A stretch of 21,474 nt of DNA, taken from Candidatus Krumholzibacteriia bacterium (GTDB lineage: Bacteria; Krumholzibacteriota; Krumholzibacteriia; WVZY01). The notes under the pieces are model-generated. The model was not told where the DNA came from, did no database searches, and saw only the letters and a list, made by a program, of their open reading frames with translations. Below are positions 16,101-21,474 of this stretch, in pieces (the first letter of the stretch is position 1; the number at the start of each line of letters is the position of its first letter). Location of the stretch: the NCBI GenBank assembly GCA_046754105.1, contig JBHHVD010000055.1, positions 1 through 21,474 on the forward strand. Reading direction: 5' to 3'. A program made the translations under genes and the position numbers.

Positions 16101-19100
16101 GAATTCCTCGATCGCGGCTTCGAAGTGTACAAGGGAACGGCGCCCCGGCGGCAAGAAGAACGTCAACCCGTGACGGTGTGTATTACGGGGGCGTCGCTGG
16201 GTTTGCCCGGTGGCGCGCGCGTGTTCGACGACGACAACGTCGAGCGCATCCTGAGCGGCGAACAGCGGATCGAGCCGATCCCCATGGAGTTCAGACGGTC
16301 GATGGCGGACAAGGGCATCACCCGGCTCGTGAAGGGTGAGGGCGGCCAGGCCCACTTCGACCGCATCGCCGATCCGGCGGACGTCGTAAAACTCGCCGCG
16401 CGCGGCAAGGGCGTCGACCTGGTGGGAGAGTTTGGTTTTCCGGAAGACCGGCTGGCCGCGCTCGACAACTCGTCGGTTCTCGCCATTGGAGCCGGTATCG
16501 ATGCGCTTCGGGACGCCGGTATACCGCTGGTCATGCGGTACAAGACGACCACGACGGGGACCCGGCTTCGCGACCGGTGGATGCTTCCCGAGGGCATGCG
16601 CGACGATACCGGGGTCATATTCGGTTCCGCCTTTCCCGGCTGCGACTCGCTTGCGGGTATCGTAACGTCGTACGAGAGGGATCGGGCGCGCCGCACGCAC
16701 CTGGCCGAATTGATAGACTTGCGTTCGCTCCTGACCGAAGCCGGGGGCAGCGGCGGCCGCGCCGCGCGGCGCCTCGACACGAGTATCCATGCCCTCCGCG
16801 AACAGATTGAGAAGACGCCGCATAGCTTCGACCGGCGATTCCTCTTCCGGGTGCTCGCGATGGGGCACGCACAGTTCGCCGAGTACATCGGTGCCAGGGG
16901 CCCCAATACCCATCTGGACGCGGCGTGCGCGACCGGAACCCAGGCCGTCGGCCTGGCGAACGACTGGATCCGGAACGGGCGATGCCGCCGGGTGATCGTG
17001 GTGACCGCCGATGATGTCACCTCGGACAATCTCCTGGAGTGGTTCGGCTCCGGTTTTCTGGCCTCCGGTGCCGCGGCCACCGATGCGGAGGTCGAAGACG
17101 CGGCGACTCCGTTCGACCGTCGCCGCCACGGCCTGATCGTCGGGATGGGTGGCGCGGCGATGGTGTTGGAGAGCAACGAGGCCGCCGCAGAACGCGGCGT
17201 CCGGCCGATATGCGAAATCCTGAACGCGGTCACGGCGAACAGCGCGTACCACGGGTCGCGACTCGACGTGGAGCACATCTGTGGGGTGATGGAAAAGCTC
17301 GTCTCCCAGGTGGAGAGGCGGTGGGGCATCAGCCGAGGCGATATCGCGAGGGAAGCCGTATTTGTGTCGCACGAAACCTACACGCCGGCACGAGGCGGCA
17401 GTGCGTCGGCGGAAGTCGCCGCATTGAGGCGTGTCTTCGGTGCTTCGGCCGACGCGATCGTCATGGCGAATACCAAGGGTTTTACCGGTCATCCGATGGC
17501 CGTCGCGATCGAGGAGGTCGTGGCGGTAAAGATTCTCGAGACGGGTATCGTGCCCCCCGTACCGAACTACAAAGAACTCGATCCGGAACTCGGACGCCTG
17601 AATCTATCGAAGGGCGGGAGTTACCCGGTCAGGTACGCGCTGAGACTGGGCGCGGGATTCGGTTCGCAGATCAGCATGTCGCTGTGCCGCTGGATCCCGC
17701 CGCAGGACGGACTGCGGCGGCAGCCGCGGGAACTCGGCCACGAGTACCGGATCGCCGACCCGCGGGCGTGGGAGAGCTGGTTGCGGGGTGTGACCGGCGT
17801 GACGGCACCGGAGCTCGAAGTCGTCAAGCGTACGCTGCGGATAAAGGACGATGGCCGCGCGGGCCGGGGCGCGCGCGGGGCAGTGCCAACGCAGGCGGCG
17901 GTAGCGGTGCCCGTACCCGAGATCGAATCGGGTGCCCCCGTAAAGGTGGAGCTTCCACGGTCCGATGCGCCGGGCGGCGAAACCGCGTCCGTTGCCGACG
18001 AGGTGCGGGAGAGGGTGTTGCAGATCGTGGCGCAACAGACGGGGTACCCGACCGACATGCTCGATCTCGATCTCGATCTGGAGGCGGACCTCGGGATCGA
18101 CACGGTCAAGCAGGCGGAGACGTTCGCGGCGATCCGGGAAGCCTACGGGATACCGCGTGACGACGACTTGAAACTGAGGGACTATCCGACCCTCGCGCGG
18201 GCGATACAATTCGTCTTCGAGAAGCGTCCCGACCTCGAACCGGGTGCCGCCGTGGCGACCGATGCGGTAGCCGCGGCGGGCACGCCCGACGCGGCACCAG
18301 AGCAGGGGCCGCCGTTCGCGGCCGCGGGTGCGCCCGACGCGTCATCGGCCGGCACGGTCGGCGACGAAGTCGCGAAAACAGTGATGGCGATCATTGCCGA
18401 CAAGACGGGATACCCGACCGACATGCTCGATCTCGACCTCGATCTGGAAGCGGATCTCGGGATCGACACGGTCAAGCAGGCGGAGACGTTCGCCGCAATT
18501 CGCGAGGCCTACGGTATCCCCCGCGACGATGACTTGAAGATGCGCGACTATCCGACGCTCGCCCACGCGATTCAGTTCGTTTTCGACAAGCGGCCGGATC
18601 TGGGCTCGCAGAGCGGAGGATCGGGCGAACCGGGGGACACGGCAGGGGAACACGGCGCTCCGGTTGCAGCAGACGCAGAGCGGGCGGCGGCGACCGCGGG
18701 AAGTACGGAATTCGTCGAAGCGACGCCGCGCCGGGTCCCCGTCGCGCAGCTGAGGCCCCATCTCGAGCTATGCAAGCCGACCGGGGTGCAATTGGACGGG
18801 GGCAGCCGTGTCGTCGTCATGGCGGACGCCGGCGGCGTGGGCAAGGCGCTCGTGGGTCGGCTGAAGCGACGGGGAGTGGACGTCCTCCTGATAGGCGACC
18901 TGCCGTCCGCGGAGGCGCACAACGAGCGCCACCGCGCGGGGCGGGCGGCGGGCCCCGTGCAAGGCGTGTTCTGGTTGCCGGCGATGGACGATGAGGGACC
19001 GGTGCAGGGGATGGGCCGCGAGGCGTGGCGGGAGGCGACCCGCGTGCGCGTGAAACTGCTCTACCAAACGATGCGCCACCTCTACGACGGGATCGGCGAT

Positions 19101-21224
19101 GCGGGCACGTTCCTAATCTCCGCCACCCGGCTCGGCGGGCGGCACGGGTACGACGAGGCGGGTGCCTCGTCGCCGCTGGGCGGTGCCGTCACGGGATTCA
19201 CCAAGGCGTTCAAGCGTGAAAAACCGGGGGCGCTGGTCAAGGCCGTTGACTTCGAGACCAGCCGCAAGACGGCCGCCTTCGCCGACCTTCTCATTGAAGA
19301 GACGCTGCGCGATCCGGGTACCGTAGAAGTAGGCTACAAGGATGGGTACCGCTGGAGCGTTGGTCTCGCGGAAGAGCCGCCGGGCCCCGACGGGGGTGTC
19401 GCGCTCGATGAGAACACGGTCTTCGTCATTACCGGCGCTGCCGGGAGCATTGTCTCAGCGATCACGGCCGACCTCGCGACGGCGTCGGGAGGCACGTTTC
19501 ATCTACTCGACTTGATGCCCGAAGCGGACCCGGGTGATCCCGAGGTCGAACGATTCCGCCGGGATCGCGAGGGGCTCAAGCTGGAGGTTTTCGAGAGGCT
19601 CAAGGAGGGCGGAAAGCGCGCGACCCCGGCAATGGTGGAAAGAGAACTCAGCGCGATCGAACGCCGCCACGCGGCGCTTGCCGCCAGACAGGCGATCGAC
19701 CAGGCGGGGGGCACCACTCACTACTACAGTGTGGATCTTCTGGATGGCGCCGCCGTAGAGGCGGCCATGGAGGAGATCAAACAGCGGAGCGGACGCGTCG
19801 ACGTTCTCATTCACGCCGCCGGTCTTGAAATCAGTCATACGCTGCCCGACAAGAAGCCGGCGGAGTTCGATCTCGTGTTCGACGTGAAGAGCGATGGTTG
19901 GTTCAACATGATGTCCGCGATGGGTGACATGCCGCTTGGTGCCGTGGTCGTGTTCAGCTCCATAGCGGGCCGATTCGGCAACGCCGGACAGACCGATTAC
20001 AGCGCGGCCAACGACTTCCTCTGCAAGGCCGTTTCGAGTCTGCGGAACACTCGCGCCGAAACACGCGGCGTCGCCATCGACTGGACTGCCTGGGCCGACA
20101 TCGGTATGGCGTCGCGCGGTTCGATCCCGTCCATCATGAAACAGGCGGGCATCGACATGATTGCCCCGGATGTGGGCATACCAATTGTCCGCAGGGAACT
20201 GACGAGGGGAGAGACAGGCGGCGAGGTTGTGATCGCGAACCGTCTCGGTGCCATGCTCGACGAGTTCGATGAAACTGGAGGACTGGATACCGGTGGCGAG
20301 GCGTTCGCCGGCTTGACGGCGTCCAGGGGAGTGATGTCGGAACGCCTGGTCGGCATGGGACTCTACCGTGGTTTGACCGTGGAAACGACGCTCGACCCCA
20401 AGGCCCAGCCTTTTCTCTACGACCATCAAATCGACGGCACACCCGTCCTGCCGGGTGTTATGGGTATCGAGGCGCTCGTGGAGTCGGCGAGGTCGATTTT
20501 CCCCGGCCGCTACGTCGGCTCCGTCGAAGACGTCAATTTCATGGTGCCGTTCAAGTTCTACCGCGGGGACCCGCGTACGGTGACCGTCGAGGCGACGTTC
20601 CGGGAGGATTGCGGTGACATCCTGGCGGACTGCCGTCTCGTCGGCACGCGCAAACTCCACGGGCAGGAAGCACCGGAAATAACGACGCACTTCACCGCCT
20701 GCGTGCGGCTGGTCGCCGAGGCCCCGGGCACGCAGAAACGCGACGTGATCACCGAGTCGGAGGAAACGAGACGAGTAGGTGCGGCGGATATCTACAAGCT
20801 GTTCTTTCATGGTCCGGCCTACCAGGTCGTCGACAACTCGTGGCGGTCGGGCGACGAAGTCGTGGGAGTCTTCAAGAGTGACCTGCCGGCCAATCACGAG
20901 CCGGCGAATCTGCCGACGCTCGCCCTGCCGAGGTTGATCGAGTTGTGTTTTCAAACCGCCGGTATTTCCGAGATGGCCGGCAAGGCCCGGATGGGGCTTC
21001 CGCACCACATCGACCTGGTCCGTTTCCCGCGCCTCCCCGAGGAGTCGGGCGGCCGGTACCTGGCGGCGGTTACCCCGGATCCCGAGGGTGGGTTTGACGC
21101 CCAGGTCGTGGATGACGAGGGAAATGTGTACCTGGCCGTGCGAGGGTACCGCACGATGCAGCTGCCCAACCTGATAGAGGACGAGTTGTTGAGACCGTTG
21201 CAGTCAACCATGGGGTCACAATGA
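13188..21224 (+). CDS. Iterative type I PKS/FAS-like megasynthase, KS-AT-KS-ACP-ACP-KR-DH (2678 aa)
   Basis: KS1: DAACAS (Cys codon 13836), EGHGT, NIGH. AT: GQGSQ, GHSLG, HAFH (malonyl-type). KS2: DAACAT (16926), SHET, TGHP. Two ACPs with LGIDTVKQAE. KR: HAAG and SSIAGRFGNAGQTDYSAAN. DH: DHQIDGTPVLPG. RBS GGAGG precedes ATG 13188. Confidence 0.92.
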   Translation: MDKPANKAVAIVGAGALMPDAPNAPAFWQNIKDGRYSVSEVSKDRWDAGLYYDPDPKAPDKTYTKIGGWVRDWEWDPLKWKLPIPPRVGEQMDLTQKWGLVATREALSDYGYPERPLDPERTAVIFGNAMGGDTHLFTATRILFPEYATELSKAPSFSRLPAEVRDAVIAEMRQGVGRRFPQITEDTMPGELSNIIAGRIAALFNFRGPNYVADAACASTMAAVSAAFEGLEKNEYDAVITGGIDANMCAQTFVKFCKIGALSGTGTRPYAEGADGFVMGEGAAVFVIKRLQDAERDGDKIYAVIRAIGGSSDGRGKGITAPNPVGQKLAVRRAWRSAELAPSAGDMVEGHGTSTAVGDVVEVESMAEALGEFDVPPGSLALGSVKSNIGHLKGAAGAAGLFKAALSLHDKVLPPSVNFHKPNPGIDFEKSPFTVSTRLRPWDKKGVRRAGVSAFGFGGTNFHAVLEEYVPGRLEKERKTIMSVGVNLAGRPGADSVAAPLRGAMVIGADSDDALRNQLLAARKEAESGHAPPPALPAQAALRAPVRVAIDYGDAEELADKAGRAITALDKRQPGRWKALRAKGIFLGRGAPQKVAFLFTGQGSQYVNMLRSLKETEPIVADTFAEADRVMKPLLEKPLSDYIFVDDADEDHISKADHKLRQTIITQPAVLAAETALARLLAAYGISPNMVMGHSLGEYGALVASGGLPFDDGLRAVSARGGEMTRASKSDNGLMAAVHGPIEEIERIIGGSEGYVVVANLNSTKEAVIGGGTRAVQEAMEALREAGYSVTQLAVSHAFHTNIVGAAAEALVGILKRMKLQPPAIPVVANISGEFYPMGPGAVPGMIDILARQVASPVQFVKGLNTLYDAGARVFVELGPKRALYGFAEDVVGSREDATTLFTNHPRIGDVVSFNHALCGLYAAGVGAGRVDDAVETAAEEPSHHFEQAATPAPPVPAPVDRYVQLGHLFAEFLDRGFEVYKGTAPRRQEERQPVTVCITGASLGLPGGARVFDDDNVERILSGEQRIEPIPMEFRRSMADKGITRLVKGEGGQAHFDRIADPADVVKLAARGKGVDLVGEFGFPEDRLAALDNSSVLAIGAGIDALRDAGIPLVMRYKTTTTGTRLRDRWMLPEGMRDDTGVIFGSAFPGCDSLAGIVTSYERDRARRTHLAELIDLRSLLTEAGGSGGRAARRLDTSIHALREQIEKTPHSFDRRFLFRVLAMGHAQFAEYIGARGPNTHLDAACATGTQAVGLANDWIRNGRCRRVIVVTADDVTSDNLLEWFGSGFLASGAAATDAEVEDAATPFDRRRHGLIVGMGGAAMVLESNEAAAERGVRPICEILNAVTANSAYHGSRLDVEHICGVMEKLVSQVERRWGISRGDIAREAVFVSHETYTPARGGSASAEVAALRRVFGASADAIVMANTKGFTGHPMAVAIEEVVAVKILETGIVPPVPNYKELDPELGRLNLSKGGSYPVRYALRLGAGFGSQISMSLCRWIPPQDGLRRQPRELGHEYRIADPRAWESWLRGVTGVTAPELEVVKRTLRIKDDGRAGRGARGAVPTQAAVAVPVPEIESGAPVKVELPRSDAPGGETASVADEVRERVLQIVAQQTGYPTDMLDLDLDLEADLGIDTVKQAETFAAIREAYGIPRDDDLKLRDYPTLARAIQFVFEKRPDLEPGAAVATDAVAAAGTPDAAPEQGPPFAAAGAPDASSAGTVGDEVAKTVMAIIADKTGYPTDMLDLDLDLEADLGIDTVKQAETFAAIREAYGIPRDDDLKMRDYPTLAHAIQFVFDKRPDLGSQSGGSGEPGDTAGEHGAPVAADAERAAATAGSTEFVEATPRRVPVAQLRPHLELCKPTGVQLDGGSRVVVMADAGGVGKALVGRLKRRGVDVLLIGDLPSAEAHNERHRAGRAAGPVQGVFWLPAMDDEGPVQGMGREAWREATRVRVKLLYQTMRHLYDGIGDAGTFLISATRLGGRHGYDEAGASSPLGGAVTGFTKAFKREKPGALVKAVDFETSRKTAAFADLLIEETLRDPGTVEVGYKDGYRWSVGLAEEPPGPDGGVALDENTVFVITGAAGSIVSAITADLATASGGTFHLLDLMPEADPGDPEVERFRRDREGLKLEVFERLKEGGKRATPAMVERELSAIERRHAALAARQAIDQAGGTTHYYSVDLLDGAAVEAAMEEIKQRSGRVDVLIHAAGLEISHTLPDKKPAEFDLVFDVKSDGWFNMMSAMGDMPLGAVVVFSSIAGRFGNAGQTDYSAANDFLCKAVSSLRNTRAETRGVAIDWTAWADIGMASRGSIPSIMKQAGIDMIAPDVGIPIVRRELTRGETGGEVVIANRLGAMLDEFDETGGLDTGGEAFAGLTASRGVMSERLVGMGLYRGLTVETTLDPKAQPFLYDHQIDGTPVLPGVMGIEALVESARSIFPGRYVGSVEDVNFMVPFKFYRGDPRTVTVEATFREDCGDILADCRLVGTRKLHGQEAPEITTHFTACVRLVAEAPGTQKRDVITESEETRRVGAADIYKLFFHGPAYQVVDNSWRSGDEVVGVFKSDLPANHEPANLPTLALPRLIELCFQTAGISEMAGKARMGLPHHIDLVRFPRLPEESGGRYLAAVTPDPEGGFDAQVVDDEGNVYLAVRGYRTMQLPNLIEDELLRPLQSTMGSQ
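17991..18602 (+). repeat. Tandem duplication of the ACP domain (17991-18236 and 18357-18602, period 366 bp)
   Basis: The core TGYPTDMLDLDLDLEADLGIDTVKQAETFAAIREAYGIPRDDDLK is identical at protein level in both copies. They are separated by an Ala/Pro-rich linker. Confidence 0.95.
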
Positions 21225-21474
21225 TTGAATCGGTATCCGGTATTCATTGGCTGACGCGGCGTTTGGGGGATGTTCCCAGCCACAACGATTGGCTGACGCC
21301 GGTGGAACGCAAAGTACTCGCGGGGCTCGGAATCGTCAAGCGCCGCGCCGACTGGCGGCTCGGCCGCTGGACGGTGAAGTGCGCTCTTCTCGGCCGGCGT
21401 GGGGGGGCGCTGTGCATTCGACGGCACCGCGACGTCGAAGTCCTCGCGGGCGCCGACGGCGCGCCCGTCGTTTT
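21221..21474 (+). CDS. 4'-phosphopantetheinyl transferase (Sfp-type), N-terminal part; truncated by the window end
   Basis: Not in the ORF track. ATG 21221 overlaps the PKS stop (ATGA). Translation: MIESVSGIHWLTRRLGDVPSHNDWLTPVERKVLAGLGIVKRRADWRLGRWTVKCALL...VEVLAGADGAPVV, which fits the Sfp pattern L-x-x-x-E...R...W/F-x-x-GR-x-x-x-K...G-x-P. Confidence 0.78.
   Translation, partial: MIESVSGIHWLTRRLGDVPSHNDWLTPVERKVLAGLGIVKRRADWRLGRWTVKCALLGRRGGALCIRRHRDVEVLAGADGAPVV

Noticed and set aside
13188..21224. Canonical PUFA synthase PfaA
   Set aside because: It has an extra KS between AT and ACP and Thr-type ACPs, and no pfaB/C/D genes lie between the ACAD and the PPTase.
2441..21427. Long antisense and alternate-frame ORFs (e.g. 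3703-4767, 5566-7023, 6623-7996, 11359-13203, 14058-15935, 16014-17492, 19503-21008)
   Set aside because: Shadow ORFs expected from high-GC codon bias opposite real genes; none has recognisable motifs.
11172..21474. Genomic island integrated at tRNA-Thr
   Set aside because: No integrase, no convincing duplicated tRNA 3' end in the window and no obvious compositional shift. It cannot be excluded beyond the window edge.

Overview
GC-rich bacterial DNA. A C-terminal NYPNPFNP/FlgD-Ig sorting domain hints at an FCB-group lineage such as Krumholzibacteriota or Latescibacterota (inference only). The window has four parts. (1) 1-1960, minus strand: an xdhC-mocA molybdenum-cofactor maturation pair followed by a short ORF that is little more than a T9SS-like C-terminal sorting domain. 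(2) 1960-2765: a scrambled intergenic region with two gene remnants (DUF4143-like C-terminus; SAM methyltransferase fragment), divergent sigma70 promoters and a 51-bp tandem repeat rich in palindromes. (3) 2765-10984: a six-gene operon encoding an HD-like protein, PrpD, a fungal-type fused homoaconitase, a homoisocitrate-dehydrogenase-like enzyme, a CitD-CitE fusion and CitF. It looks like a homocitrate pathway in which a citrate-lyase-like complex takes the place of homocitrate synthase. The CitD domain lacks the canonical prosthetic-group Ser and no citC/citG/citX is present in the window. (4) 11097-end: tRNA-Thr(CGT), then an acyl-CoA dehydrogenase, a 2678-aa KS-AT-KS-ACP-ACP-KR-DH megasynthase and a translationally coupled PPTase (truncated by the window edge). 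Both ACPs carry Thr instead of Ser at the phosphopantetheine site, and the synthase has no ER or TE domain. The best candidates for an undescribed system are this Thr-ACP synthase with its ACAD and PPTase, and the homocitrate-lyase-like operon. All functional calls come from motif recognition by eye; no database searches were run.
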